Shown one piece after another: positions 34,606-45,090 of a DNA stretch of 64,000 nucleotides. A model generated the notes under the pieces. The model was not told where the DNA came from. It saw only the letters and a program-made list of their open reading frames with translations, and did not search any database. Position numbers and translations under genes: made by a program. The stretch comes from a virus (Duplodnaviria; Caudoviricetes). Position 1 is the first letter of the stretch. Every line of letters begins with the position of its first letter. The stretch is taken from the IMG/VR virus record IMGVR_UViG_3300025608_000006; one strand, given 5' to 3'.

Positions 34606-35329
34606 TTCGAACCTTTTTATTGTATTCAATTGCTTCACGTAAGATACTCAGCTCAACGTTATTGCGGTGGGCTGTTTTTATGATTGCATTTGTATCTTTA
34701 GGAAAGCAATGTCCACCAAAGCCACGTTCATCTGTAATGAATGTATGACTGTCGCCAATGCGTTCGTCCATGCTTGTATAGTGCGCAACTGCTGAATACT
34801 CTACATCAAGTGCATCGCACAAATCATACAGTTGATTGAAGTATGCAACTTTAAGTGCAAGAAAACTATTGCGAGCATACTTGGCTAAGATAAGTTCACG
34901 AGGCTCTGCAATTTCAATGTTCACTTCGAACACATCTTTCCAAAAGCAGGTATTGGTTCCGCCTATGAGCATTAAACGCATGTTCTGTAGATCTTCTACT
35001 GCACTTGCTGCACGTAGGAACTCTGGGGAGAAGTTTAGCATACGATCAGGAAACGCATCTACTAGCATATCCCAGCCTTCTACAGAAATTGTGCTTTTGA
35101 TTAGTACGGGCACATCTGGTGCTGCTTCGATTACTTCGTACACATTGTCCATGTGACAACTGCCGTCTGGTCGCGGTGGTGTGCTTACACAGACAATTAC
35201 TGCATCAACATCGTCGTAAGAATTAGTATACCCTAATGCCGGGTCATTGATTACAACATCGTGTTTAAACTTTAGAACTTCGTAATGTGCTTTGCCAACG
35301 AACCCATAACCTGCTATTAATATTTTCAT
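34595..35329 (-). CDS. UDP-glucose/GDP-mannose 6-dehydrogenase family protein (short, no C-terminal domain)
   Basis: IAGYGFVG, VCVSTP, IKSTI, SPEFLR, KYARNSFLALKVAYFN, GFGGHCFPKD. Confidence 0.9.
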   Translation of the reverse strand: MKILIAGYGFVGKAHYEVLKFKHDVVINDPALGYTNSYDDVDAVIVCVSTPPRPDGSCHMDNVYEVIEAAPDVPVLIKSTISVEGWDMLVDAFPDRMLNFSPEFLRAASAVEDLQNMRLMLIGGTNTCFWKDVFEVNIEIAEPRELILAKYARNSFLALKVAYFNQLYDLCDALDVEYSAVAHYTSMDERIGDSHTFITDERGFGGHCFPKDTNAIIKTAHRNNVELSILREAIEYNKKVRNES

Positions 35330-36324
35330 ATTTTCCTCTTTGGTATTTTACTATCTGCACTGCTTACACAACTAGGTGTAACGCATTTCTTTGGTGTCTT
35401 AAACAGCGTAAAACCGCCGTCTAACGTGCCTAAAGCTTCGTCATGACAACTGTAGCTGCGCTTTACTTCGTTCTCTCTTATAACGCATCCTTGATAGCCT
35501 GCATTACATTCCCAGCCCTCGAACTTGTTAAAACCAAACGCATTAAATCGTTCTGCTTGATCTATGTAGTAGGTATTTCCGCCTGTGTCTTGCAATTCTA
35601 CTTGTAGTAAAGGTATTATTCCTTTAAATGCTTCTGGGATCGTTTGCGGGAATCCTGTTTGCATTTTGTGTACTTGTTCATCTGTGTATCCGTGTACAAC
35701 GTAGGAGGCAGTAGGGTCGGATTGGGGCTTGAGAGTGACATTAATACCTCTGGAGGCAAATCGTTCAAGACGTTGATAAAGTTCGTCAAACATTTCTGGC
35801 ACCATGACTTGATTGATTGTAACATATACACCTGCTTTCATAAGTTGAAGACATTTGTCTCCAAACTCTTGCTCGTTAGCAAACTCTGAATGATAGCTTG
35901 CTGTAATACTTCTACGTTGCAAACTGCTCGTAGTTTCTATCCATTTGTTCCACCATTTGCTTCCTGGGCTGAGATTGGTCGTCATGTGGATACTCTGGTA
36001 CTCGGGAGTTGCATCACTGCAATAATGGTCTATAACCTTCCCAAAGTATTTATAAGCTGTGGGTTCGCCGCCGCTAAAACTAAAGTGAAAATCTTTAAAA
36101 CCATTTGCACGGGCCTGACGTTTTATTTCATCTATTGTACGAGTGTAAACTTCTAAATCTTGATGGTCAGGAGTGCTGCTGCGAGCATAGGGCCAGCAGT
36201 AGCTACAGTTGTAATTACAAAATCTTGCAAGTATCCAAGACACTGTAAACAAGTTTGTATTTAATAGAGTCTTTTGACCAAAGCTTGTTATATCTTTAAA
36301 TGGTATGTTTTGAAAATTGTTCAT
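35326..36324 (-). CDS. Radical SAM protein with C-terminal twitch-like domain
   Basis: ARFCNYNCSYC; FSGGEPT; CNAGYQ..SC..CVTPSC; start MNNFQ or 36336. Confidence 0.85.
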   Translation of the reverse strand: MNNFQNIPFKDITSFGQKTLLNTNLFTVSWILARFCNYNCSYCWPYARSSTPDHQDLEVYTRTIDEIKRQARANGFKDFHFSFSGGEPTAYKYFGKVIDHYCSDATPEYQSIHMTTNLSPGSKWWNKWIETTSSLQRRSITASYHSEFANEQEFGDKCLQLMKAGVYVTINQVMVPEMFDELYQRLERFASRGINVTLKPQSDPTASYVVHGYTDEQVHKMQTGFPQTIPEAFKGIIPLLQVELQDTGGNTYYIDQAERFNAFGFNKFEGWECNAGYQGCVIRENEVKRSYSCHDEALGTLDGGFTLFKTPKKCVTPSCVSSADSKIPKRKI

Positions 36325-36970
36325 GCAACCACTCAAAATTGTTTATAAGGCTAATGTCACTCTTATTAGAAATCCCAAACTTCCTACCAGCATTAGCACC
36401 AGCAAGAGCGTAATTGCCGTAGCGTTTCTCAGAGACTTTTGTACACCACGTATCGAGTCTCTTTTCGGTTTCTTCGTTGTTTTGTCTTGTAATTGTTTTA
36501 CTACTTAGTTTGGCACATTCTCTAAATGCACTACGCCATGTTTCAAATGGACTTGTGTTAAATGCTGTAGTATTTGCAACTTCATCCATAGCAATAAAAT
36601 GTTCACTTATGCTTGTAGTCATATCCGCCTTACTTGTATCCATTTCTATTGTAAGTTTGCGGGGAAATAACTTTACTCCTCCATAGCCATATTCTAATCC
36701 ATTAATAGGATTATTTGCTCTCCATACATGTACATGATCTAATTGATGGTCCGGGACAACATAATCAAAATTAAATGTATTTTTAATAATTGCATCGCCG
36801 TCGACTATCCAAAACATCTTAGTAAAGCATTTCTTTGCTGCCTTTATGTGTGCTTGATGTATTCCTTTAACTCCGTGTACACGTTTAGCCATAGGAAATC
36901 GTGCCTTTAGTGCAGCATAGTTTTCATCTGCAGAAGGCTCTTGGTAACTAATAAAGACTATATCGTACAT
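36296..36970 (-). CDS. Putative GT-A glycosyltransferase (paralog of 44173-45090)
   Basis: YDIVFISYQEP, WIVDGD (DxD), YGYGGVKL, WRSAFRE. Confidence 0.6.
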   Translation of the reverse strand: MYDIVFISYQEPSADENYAALKARFPMAKRVHGVKGIHQAHIKAAKKCFTKMFWIVDGDAIIKNTFNFDYVVPDHQLDHVHVWRANNPINGLEYGYGGVKLFPRKLTIEMDTSKADMTTSISEHFIAMDEVANTTAFNTSPFETWRSAFRECAKLSSKTITRQNNEETEKRLDTWCTKVSEKRYGNYALAGANAGRKFGISNKSDISLINNFEWLHEQFSKHTI

Positions 36971-36976
36971 TGTATT

Positions 36977-37005
36977 ATTGTAACACCGTGTTTAATAAAT
37001 GTCAA
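36977..37005 (-). promoter_or_regulatory. Sigma70-type promoter, probably giving a leaderless mRNA
   Basis: TTGACA (37005-37000), 17 bp, TACAAT (36982-36977), 6 nt, ATG (36970); no SD. Confidence 0.8.
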
Positions 37006-38522
37006 GAAGAGTATCGATTATATAGTTCAGCAAATTCTGGAAATGTTTCGCAGAAATTAGTGTTTCTACGGGCATCATGCTGATCAAAATATTTAACTAG
37101 GTTATAACGATTTCTTTCAACTGCTTCATCGTTATTCAAGTGACGTGCTTTTAATACTGCTAGATTGCGTTCTGCTTTTTTAATTTCAAAGTCATAAAAG
37201 CCTACAAAATCGTCAGTATTTGCATTTGCTTTCATAAATTCAATTGCATCTTCTAAATAATGATCAAACTCTTTAGGTAGTATTTGTATTGCTTGCCATG
37301 CTGGATTTCTTAGTAACGGAATATCAAACCAAATTCGCTGCCTTGGGTGGATTTCGTAGTCGTCATGTGTATTGTACTGATCATATATAGGAATATATTT
37401 TGTTCCTTGATTGCCTTTACTGTACTCGGCTCTTAGAGAAAGTATATATTCTAAAAAGCTTTTAAATTTAGGAACACTCAATGCGTTGAATGTATTGATA
37501 AATGTCATTGTTGTATTATTGGTTTCTGCTAAAAATCTATCTACATTACTTTGCATTGCACTGTAATCTAATCCTGTTCTGATATATTCGGCTTGTTCTT
37601 CTACACTGTCAACACTAACAAATACTGCGACATTTTTTAATGCCATGTTAACATACCAGTTGTTACCTGAGCCAGGATTAAAACGTTCGTCGTCTTTCCA
37701 TATTTGTATTTCTTCTAGTTTCTTCAACTTGGTAATAAATTTGTCCATTAATTCAGATTTTGGAGGTGAAAAGTTACTGGTTACGCTAACCTCTAACCAT
37801 GCGTTAGGATTTTCGTAGATATAATCCAATACTTTAAATGTATTAACGTCCATTAGCGGCTCTCCGCCTGTGATACGAAATACTTCAAGTTTTTTGTATA
37901 ACTCCGGCCACCATTTCCAAAATGCTGTTACATAGGGATTATCGGCTTGCGGAACTTTTAGTGGCATTAATCCATCTTTTGCTAGATACTCGGTATTATT
38001 ATGTTCTGCCTTTTCGCCTTTGTCATTTATAATACTATAAGATCCGAACTTGTTGATTTCTTCTTCCCATGCTGTGCTAAGGTGCGGACTACAATATGAA
38101 CATTTAAGATTACATGCTTGATTAAAGTTTACTTCTACGTAACGCGGAGTTATATCTCCGGTATCTAATGCTTCAAAAACATCCGTTTTAGAATTTTGTG
38201 CCCATTGCTCGCCGCTGCGATAAATTCTATCACTGCGTCCGCCTTGATCTTCAATTTTCCAACAGTAATTACATCCTTCAGGACGTTTACCTGCGAGCAT
38301 CTCTTTGCGTTCTTGTTTCTTTTGTTTTGTATTATGTAGAGCACTTGGATTTTCTTTAATTTCTTCCGCATCAATTTTATGCAAGGGAGGATGATAACAA
38401 CTATGTGTTGTGCCGTTGGTCAAGTGCATGGACATCTGTGCCCATTTTGCATAGCACATGCTTGACGAAATACGTTTTAATTGGGATTCTGCTACATCAG
38501 CAGCATCATTATAATTACTCAT
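37002..38522 (-). CDS. Radical SAM protein with N-terminal twitch-like domain (paralog of 42776-44176)
   Basis: CYAKW..HSCYHP..CNYC; NQACNLKCSYC; ITGGEPLM. Confidence 0.85.
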   Translation of the reverse strand: MSNYNDAADVAESQLKRISSSMCYAKWAQMSMHLTNGTTHSCYHPPLHKIDAEEIKENPSALHNTKQKKQERKEMLAGKRPEGCNYCWKIEDQGGRSDRIYRSGEQWAQNSKTDVFEALDTGDITPRYVEVNFNQACNLKCSYCSPHLSTAWEEEINKFGSYSIINDKGEKAEHNNTEYLAKDGLMPLKVPQADNPYVTAFWKWWPELYKKLEVFRITGGEPLMDVNTFKVLDYIYENPNAWLEVSVTSNFSPPKSELMDKFITKLKKLEEIQIWKDDERFNPGSGNNWYVNMALKNVAVFVSVDSVEEQAEYIRTGLDYSAMQSNVDRFLAETNNTTMTFINTFNALSVPKFKSFLEYILSLRAEYSKGNQGTKYIPIYDQYNTHDDYEIHPRQRIWFDIPLLRNPAWQAIQILPKEFDHYLEDAIEFMKANANTDDFVGFYDFEIKKAERNLAVLKARHLNNDEAVERNRYNLVKYFDQHDARRNTNFCETFPEFAELYNRYSS

Positions 38523-39442
38523 TTAAATCTCTCATGTAAATATTCTGCAACTTCTATACTGATAACTTCGCCCGGGTGTTGTAGATCTCTTGCAGTTTTA
38601 TCAATCTTAAAGTGTTTTTCGGCATTTAGGATTTGGGCAGTAGAATAAAAAAAGGATATACTAGAATACTTGCTGCGTTCTTTCCATAACCACTTTCCAA
38701 TTAATCCTTGATTATAAGTAAGGCCTATTTCGTGGGAAGGATCTGCATATGTAAGTTGCCATAATTTACTAACGTCAGTTTCTTGACTCGTGTGAGGAGC
38801 TTTGTGTCGTCCGTCCCAAGGCCCAGATTTGTGTCTGCCGATCTTTGAAAAAAATTCAAATCTATCCGTAGGAGTCCAAATAGTAGCTACTGCGTATGGT
38901 GTTTCAAAGCTTTCCAATATTTTTGTAGAATTATATAAAATTAAACTATTCGAACCTCCTGGAACTCCTAAATTAATTACTGGGCGCCCGGATAGTCGTT
39001 CTAAATGAAATGATATTGTCTCGTCGTCCGATAGGCCAATGCCGTATGTACAAGAACAACCTAATAATACAATAGAGTTTTTCCAATCAATTTGATCCCA
39101 TTCTAGAGTACGGAAACCTGAACTATTAACTGTATATGTAACCTCTTTTGTTAGATATTTCCAATCTTTACCTTTTTTTCTTTTACTACTGTTAAATCTA
39201 TTTTCGTCGTCTCCTTGCAACCATAGATATTTTCCAGAAACTTCTGGAGAATCAATTTTATTAAATGTGCCGACTGGATTTATTCCGAAAGGGTGCTCTG
39301 TATCCGTTAGATACAATGGAAAATTGTCATCTATCTGTTTATCATCAAATAAAGGAGGTGATTTATTAGATTTTTCATTCGTATTTTGGCTTTGAGTGAC
39401 CGAACGAAATCTTGCCATCATTTTTTTATTTTTTTTACTCAT
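38519..39442 (-). CDS. SGNH-hydrolase-like protein
   Basis: LLGCSCTYG (block I, GCS), INLGVPGGSN (block II), RDLQHP (DxxH). Confidence 0.55.
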   Translation of the reverse strand: MSKKNKKMMARFRSVTQSQNTNEKSNKSPPLFDDKQIDDNFPLYLTDTEHPFGINPVGTFNKIDSPEVSGKYLWLQGDDENRFNSSKRKKGKDWKYLTKEVTYTVNSSGFRTLEWDQIDWKNSIVLLGCSCTYGIGLSDDETISFHLERLSGRPVINLGVPGGSNSLILYNSTKILESFETPYAVATIWTPTDRFEFFSKIGRHKSGPWDGRHKAPHTSQETDVSKLWQLTYADPSHEIGLTYNQGLIGKWLWKERSKYSSISFFYSTAQILNAEKHFKIDKTARDLQHPGEVISIEVAEYLHERFK

Positions 39443-39450
39443 ATTAGCCT

Positions 39451-40461
39451 TTAAATATTGTTTATATAGTTATATAAGTGTTTTGCAAATAAGTCATGTC
39501 CTTTCTGACTAGGATGCGAACACGGTGTCATCCATCCGTTATATGAACCTTTTCCTAAAAACTGAAAATAATGATCATGTTTATCATCTAACTTATCTTC
39601 TTGAGCAATAACTAAGTCAGCAAATGTAGTGTGTCCGTCAGGTTTAAACATGTTGTTCCATGGAAATAACTCCAACAAATTTGTTTTATCTGATGCAGAC
39701 TTGCTTAGGATAGGCTTGGTAGATTTTACAAATAACTCATCTTTTCTTGTTACTTCTTTTGATAAACATTCTCGAAAATAGTCCTTGTCGTATCTTCTAT
39801 CAAAACCCGGTGTAATTATTAATTTTGCCTTTTTAGACTTACACCAAGACATTAGTTCTTGCACATGGGCAAGTTGTTCTATTACCTCAAATTTATCACT
39901 TGACAGAGTTTTAGCATACCCTTCCCATAGCGTTTTACGCGGACTCTCTTCCATATCTTTATAATGGGGCCACATGCATTTCCAATTAAAATGGTCAACT
40001 GCTACATCATTAACAAAATCAAATCTTTCAAGACCGCTAGGCATATATAGCACTATAATTTCTTTTAATTCGTTATAGTTAATTTCAGGATACATATATA
40101 ATTCTTTGATTGACGCTCTATTGCCACATCCTCGAAGTCCTAGATTAATTGGAGTATATTTTCCGTTAAAATACTTGTTGCACAAAACACTAACAAAGGC
40201 ATTTTTGTATTCCATCATAGTAAAATCCATTCCATGCATTGAATTGGAAACACCTTGATAATTTTTTGATATTCTTTTACGCTCTTTTGAAGATGCATCT
40301 ATAACAAGTGGAAGTCCTTCAGTATACTTCCATTTAAAATTTTCATATAGCTCATCATCAAATGCGCCTTGGCCTTGTACAAAGGAACACCCAATTGCAA
40401 TAATGGCCCTTTTAGTATTTTTTAAATCTTTGTTTATTCTAGTAACTTGCGATTTATACAT
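39451..40461 (-). CDS. SGNH-hydrolase-like protein
   Basis: AIGCSFVQG, INLGLRGCGN, CSHPSQKGH. Confidence 0.5.
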   Translation of the reverse strand: MYKSQVTRINKDLKNTKRAIIAIGCSFVQGQGAFDDELYENFKWKYTEGLPLVIDASSKERKRISKNYQGVSNSMHGMDFTMMEYKNAFVSVLCNKYFNGKYTPINLGLRGCGNRASIKELYMYPEINYNELKEIIVLYMPSGLERFDFVNDVAVDHFNWKCMWPHYKDMEESPRKTLWEGYAKTLSSDKFEVIEQLAHVQELMSWCKSKKAKLIITPGFDRRYDKDYFRECLSKEVTRKDELFVKSTKPILSKSASDKTNLLELFPWNNMFKPDGHTTFADLVIAQEDKLDDKHDHYFQFLGKGSYNGWMTPCSHPSQKGHDLFAKHLYNYINNI

Positions 40462-41777
40462 TATGTTTCCTTATCGACATAATCTTCTATAACTTTTAAA
40501 TACGGTGAAGGATGTTTATTAGTCCTAGACTTTAAAATGTTATAATTATGATTTAAAATATCTTCTAAGCCTCGAAACCATTCTAATTTATCATCAACAG
40601 ACATACTGTTTATTCTAGAAATTTCATTAGTAATTGCTTGCATACGTGGCCAAGTACTTAATTTATCATAACTTTCATCGATAAAGGGACTAAATGTTTT
40701 ATAGCCTAATTCACGCAATCTAGATAAAGATCCTTTGTTTCCAGCTATTATAAAAGGATGACAGCATGCTATAGGTTTAAATGTTTTTTCACTAAGAAAA
40801 CATTCGTGCTCACTGTCTCCAAACGATGCTTCGCTAACAACTGTAACCCAGGTGTCTAACATTATTTGTTCGTTAAACATAGTCAAATAGTTTCCGCAAT
40901 CGTGATCGGCAAATTTTTTTAATCCTGAGTTGTTCGGAGGTAGTAACGGTAATTTACCAATTATATTAGAATAGTCGCTTTCTGTCATTGTTTTGTCTTC
41001 GTAGTAAGACTGATTCAATTTAAAGACATTCATACTGTTTATTCCACAGTCTAATAATCCAGCATCTGATAGATGCTTAAAAAACCAAGCACGATGAGCT
41101 CTTGGGCGCTTCTGTAATGCACTATATGTTTTTATGGTAGACAAGTTAGTTTCTTTATACGTTAATTGTTGTTCAAAATTTGGATATGTATCAGTTGCAG
41201 CATGGGATAAAATGTTTGCAATCGAAGTTTCAAAATGTGGATAAGGAACTACAAAAATTTTATTATCTGGAAGTCGATCTTTAGCCCAGTTATTATATTG
41301 ATCTCTACTATCTAAATTGCCAGTAACATATATAATTTGCGTAGGAGGTATTCTATACTTTTCAAGATTATTGTGAAACCATGCCCAAAGCCATTCGGTT
41401 TGATACCCTTCATGACACTGATCTATTAGTAAGTATGCATTTTTTCGGCTTAATGATTTACGTTGTTTTTTACTTAGGTGTCCAAATAAAGTAACTCTAT
41501 TAGGATTTTCTTTATCAAGACCTAACCCAGTATCGTCTGGACCGCACCAATCCCACGGGGCATGGGCTACACCAGTTGCAATAATATGTTTCTGATTTTT
41601 TTCTCGAGTTGTAGAGAATGTGTGGTATCCGTGTTCTTGTTGTCCTCGACGCTGATGATAATCAATTACGATAGGACTAGGAGTAAATCTACGTATTCCG
41701 GATAGATTTTTATCACGGCATTTAATAAAATTTGTAAATAATCCGTGCGTGCCTATAGATTCGAATAAAAAATGCAT
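40461..41777 (-). CDS. Putative glycosyltransferase (C-terminus reminiscent of GT10-type motif)
   Basis: FLSEKTFKP...PFIIAG...LRELGYKTF..IDESYD; located in a sugar-modifying cluster. Confidence 0.4.
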   Translation of the reverse strand: MHFLFESIGTHGLFTNFIKCRDKNLSGIRRFTPSPIVIDYHQRRGQQEHGYHTFSTTREKNQKHIIATGVAHAPWDWCGPDDTGLGLDKENPNRVTLFGHLSKKQRKSLSRKNAYLLIDQCHEGYQTEWLWAWFHNNLEKYRIPPTQIIYVTGNLDSRDQYNNWAKDRLPDNKIFVVPYPHFETSIANILSHAATDTYPNFEQQLTYKETNLSTIKTYSALQKRPRAHRAWFFKHLSDAGLLDCGINSMNVFKLNQSYYEDKTMTESDYSNIIGKLPLLPPNNSGLKKFADHDCGNYLTMFNEQIMLDTWVTVVSEASFGDSEHECFLSEKTFKPIACCHPFIIAGNKGSLSRLRELGYKTFSPFIDESYDKLSTWPRMQAITNEISRINSMSVDDKLEWFRGLEDILNHNYNILKSRTNKHPSPYLKVIEDYVDKET

Positions 41778-42779
41778 TTAAATTAACCGATCCGTCCATG
41801 TTTTTGGAGTTTTGTAATTTACAATCTCTAGTGGAAATGTGTAGTCAAACGGCTTTGTGCCTCGTTTTTTAATATAGTCAACAGTATATTCAACTGCTGT
41901 TTCTAAATTGGTAGTTGTTTTATAATTTAATAACTTGCGAGCTTTATCTGCACTACACATTGCATGTTTAACTTCTTGAGGACGGTCATCGACATGTATA
42001 GGATCTAAATTACAACCTGTTTTATTGGCTACTAGTTTTGCTAAATTTTTGATATTTATTGTTCCTTCATCTGGTCCAATATTTACTATTTGGCTTGATA
42101 TATTTTTATCTAATGCGAGTTTTTCAAGACACTGAATACAGTCATCAATGTAACTAAAGCATCGTGTTTGTTCGCCATCGCCGTATATAATAGCAGGATT
42201 GCCTTGTAAATTTCTATTGATCATAATACTCATTACATTTCGGAATGGATCATCATAACGCTGCCTTGGTCCAACAATGTTGTGCGGCACAGCAATATTC
42301 CATTCCATACCGTGTACTTCACTTAGCGTAGTCAGTACTTGTTCGCCTGCTACTTTAGCAATGCCGTAAGGATCAACTGGGGCAGGTGTCTGTGTTTCAA
42401 CAAACGGAATCTGTTGATTTCCGTAACGTGCCATACTAGTACAGTATACAAAACGTTTTACCTTGTTTTCAAGTGCTGCACTAATTGTAGATACCGTTGC
42501 TTGAAATATATTCTTAGTAATAAAATCTGGGCTTACTACACTTAGACCTTCATGAGCAGTTGCAGCAGTGTGTATAACAATATCTATATCTTTCATTATA
42601 TCTGCCATGCGTTCTCTGTCGCAACAATCTACTTTGTACAAAGTAGCTTTGTGATGTACATTATCCTCATAACCGCCAATCAGTGTATCGTTGCCAGATA
42701 CTTCGTGACCAAGTTCTATCATACGATCTGCTAAATGACTTCCTAGAAATCCTGCAATGCCTGTTATAAAAATTTTCAT
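41778..42779 (-). CDS. NAD-dependent nucleotide-sugar epimerase/dehydratase (SDR)
   Basis: ITGIAGFLG, HTAA, TSMARYG, PYGIAK (YxxxK), HNIVGP, GDGEQTRCF. Confidence 0.9.
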   Translation of the reverse strand: MKIFITGIAGFLGSHLADRMIELGHEVSGNDTLIGGYEDNVHHKATLYKVDCCDRERMADIMKDIDIVIHTAATAHEGLSVVSPDFITKNIFQATVSTISAALENKVKRFVYCTSMARYGNQQIPFVETQTPAPVDPYGIAKVAGEQVLTTLSEVHGMEWNIAVPHNIVGPRQRYDDPFRNVMSIMINRNLQGNPAIIYGDGEQTRCFSYIDDCIQCLEKLALDKNISSQIVNIGPDEGTINIKNLAKLVANKTGCNLDPIHVDDRPQEVKHAMCSADKARKLLNYKTTTNLETAVEYTVDYIKKRGTKPFDYTFPLEIVNYKTPKTWTDRLI

Positions 42780-44176
42780 AGTTTTCCTAAATTTTGTTCA
42801 CTTGCTAAAGACTTACAATGATTCCAAAAATTATCCATTTCAGGAAAAGTTTCTAAAAAGTTTGTATTTCTTCTACGATCCATCTCTGTAAACCAATTAT
42901 AAAAATCTGCACGACCTTCTTGTACTCGGGTTTCGTCATAATTAGCTGTTGCAAAGTAATCTCGAACTCGACGAAACTTTTGATATTCTAACTCTGTAAA
43001 TTTGGTCGGATCGTAATCGTCTTTGTTATCGTTAATAAATTGTAAAATTTTATCAAAATACGGCAAAAATTCTTCTTTTGGTAAAATCATCATATCATAC
43101 TGTAAAGGTTCTTTTAAATACGGTGTGTCAAATCTAATGCGCCGGCCATATCCTCCTGGATTCATTGTTGGTTGATATTTTGTTCGCCAGTCTAAAATCT
43201 TTTGTAAAAAATCTGTAAACGAAGTCACACTTAAAATATTAAATGTACACATAATACTAACAGGTGCATTTGTAGTTGCTATATAGGTTTCTAAATTTTG
43301 TTCCCACAACTCTGTTTTAAGTCCAGTACGAATATATTCGGCTTTTTTGCCCCAAGAGTCTAAACTTGAAAATAATTTAAAGTTTTTAATCTTTTTATTT
43401 TCCACTAGGCTTTTTACATTTGTTGCTAGTTTTTCTACAAGTGCTGGCTTAACACCTAGATTGCTATTTAAATTTAATTCTAATTTAGGCTTTGCTTCTT
43501 CTTGTAAAAGGTCAAATAGTCTCCAAGTACTACGGTGCATCAAAGGTTCGCCGCCGGTGAGACGTAAAATGTTTAGTGTTTTACTAACTTCTGGCCACCA
43601 TTTCCACCAAGCAGCAATATACGGATTTTCTTCTTCAGCATATGGTTTAAACCAGTCAACATTTAATGTATGATTTTTAACTGGCATTGGCCCGTGTTTT
43701 TTTATTTCTGCATCATACGAACTACTTGCCATAGGATGACAGTATCCACATTTAAAATTACATTCGTTACTAAACGCCAATTCAATATATTCAGGATTAA
43801 TATTAAAATCCCAAGGACTATTAACAATTTCTTCTAATCTATGCTGATTATAAATGCCTGCATTACGTTCGTGCCTATCACTAATATGTGTATCACTAAG
43901 ACCTTCAACATTCCAGCAGTATTGACAGCCTTTGGGCTTTTCGCCTACCAGCATTAAAGCACGTTCTTTTTTCTTTTCTATCGTATTATGAAGTGCAGAA
44001 GGATCCTTTTCAATTTCTTCAAGAGGTATATGATGAGGTGCTGGATGATAACAACTATGTGTGTCACCAGTATGCAAATAAATTGTAGTATGATGCCACT
44101 TTGCTAAACAGAAAGTAGGACTAATCTTATTTGTAATCTCTTTAGTTTGTGTTATTCTGTCAGTTTCATTACTCAT
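42776..44176 (-). CDS. Radical SAM protein with N-terminal twitch-like domain
   Basis: CLAKW..HSCYHP..CQYC; NECNFKCGYC; LTGGEPLM. Confidence 0.85.
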   Translation of the reverse strand: MSNETDRITQTKEITNKISPTFCLAKWHHTTIYLHTGDTHSCYHPAPHHIPLEEIEKDPSALHNTIEKKKERALMLVGEKPKGCQYCWNVEGLSDTHISDRHERNAGIYNQHRLEEIVNSPWDFNINPEYIELAFSNECNFKCGYCHPMASSSYDAEIKKHGPMPVKNHTLNVDWFKPYAEEENPYIAAWWKWWPEVSKTLNILRLTGGEPLMHRSTWRLFDLLQEEAKPKLELNLNSNLGVKPALVEKLATNVKSLVENKKIKNFKLFSSLDSWGKKAEYIRTGLKTELWEQNLETYIATTNAPVSIMCTFNILSVTSFTDFLQKILDWRTKYQPTMNPGGYGRRIRFDTPYLKEPLQYDMMILPKEEFLPYFDKILQFINDNKDDYDPTKFTELEYQKFRRVRDYFATANYDETRVQEGRADFYNWFTEMDRRRNTNFLETFPEMDNFWNHCKSLASEQNLGKL

Positions 44177-45090
44177 AGTTTTTCTATAAACCTTTGATTG
44201 TCAGTTCTTGACGGATGCTGGTACACTGCTTTAAAAAATTTACTTTGCTGTGCATCTAATGGTTGTTCTGCGATAGGTATATCTAGTTGACTGATTAACT
44301 TAATACCGTATTCTTCAATTTCATAATCGACATCTTCAATTGATTCAAACGACACTTTCCATAAATCGTTCAAGTATTCAAAGTCACGTACTTGCACGTA
44401 ATCCCAGTCTGTACACATTGTCATATACAATCCTGCTCGTGTTCCAAGTATTGCCCAGTCACCGTTTTCTACATCTTTGCCTATCATACTCCATATGTAT
44501 AGCCAGTGCAAGCAACGCCAGTGATTATTCTTTAGTTCTTCTTTTGAAATTCTTACGCCGCGATCAGTTGCAAGTTTAACACCTTCTCTAAAACCTGCTC
44601 TCCATGCTTGTGCAGGAGTTTCGTTGTTGTACACGTCAGAATAACAACTATTCATTTGAATGTATTGTGCATCCCAGCAAAAGTCTACTTGAGCATGTGC
44701 ATTATCAGGGTCTGCATTTTCATGTGTTTTCATATTCAATACATACTCACGAGGCCAACATTTAAGTCCGCCGTTGCCGTACATTAGTCCATTAATCTCA
44801 TTACGGCCGCACCAGCTGATAACAGTATTTTTCAAATCTGCATGTTCATCGAAGTCAATTTCTTGATTTAAAAAATCTTCACGTATACGGTTGTCACCGT
44901 CTACTGTAATAAATCTATCTGTCTCGCTTAGTTCTGCACAAGCTTTGTGTGCGGCGTCTGAGCCTTCTACACCGTGTACACGTTTAGCCCACGGAACTTT
45001 TTTACACAAGTCAGCGTAGTTTTTTTCTGCATTAGGTTCGTCATAACTAAGATAGATAATATCGTAGTCAATTGGTTTAAATTTTGCCAT
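44173..45090 (-). CDS. Putative GT-A glycosyltransferase
   Basis: YDIIYLSYDEP, ITVDGD (DxD), YGNGGLKC, WRAGFRE. Confidence 0.6.
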   Translation of the reverse strand: MAKFKPIDYDIIYLSYDEPNAEKNYADLCKKVPWAKRVHGVEGSDAAHKACAELSETDRFITVDGDNRIREDFLNQEIDFDEHADLKNTVISWCGRNEINGLMYGNGGLKCWPREYVLNMKTHENADPDNAHAQVDFCWDAQYIQMNSCYSDVYNNETPAQAWRAGFREGVKLATDRGVRISKEELKNNHWRCLHWLYIWSMIGKDVENGDWAILGTRAGLYMTMCTDWDYVQVRDFEYLNDLWKVSFESIEDVDYEIEEYGIKLISQLDIPIAEQPLDAQQSKFFKAVYQHPSRTDNQRFIEKL

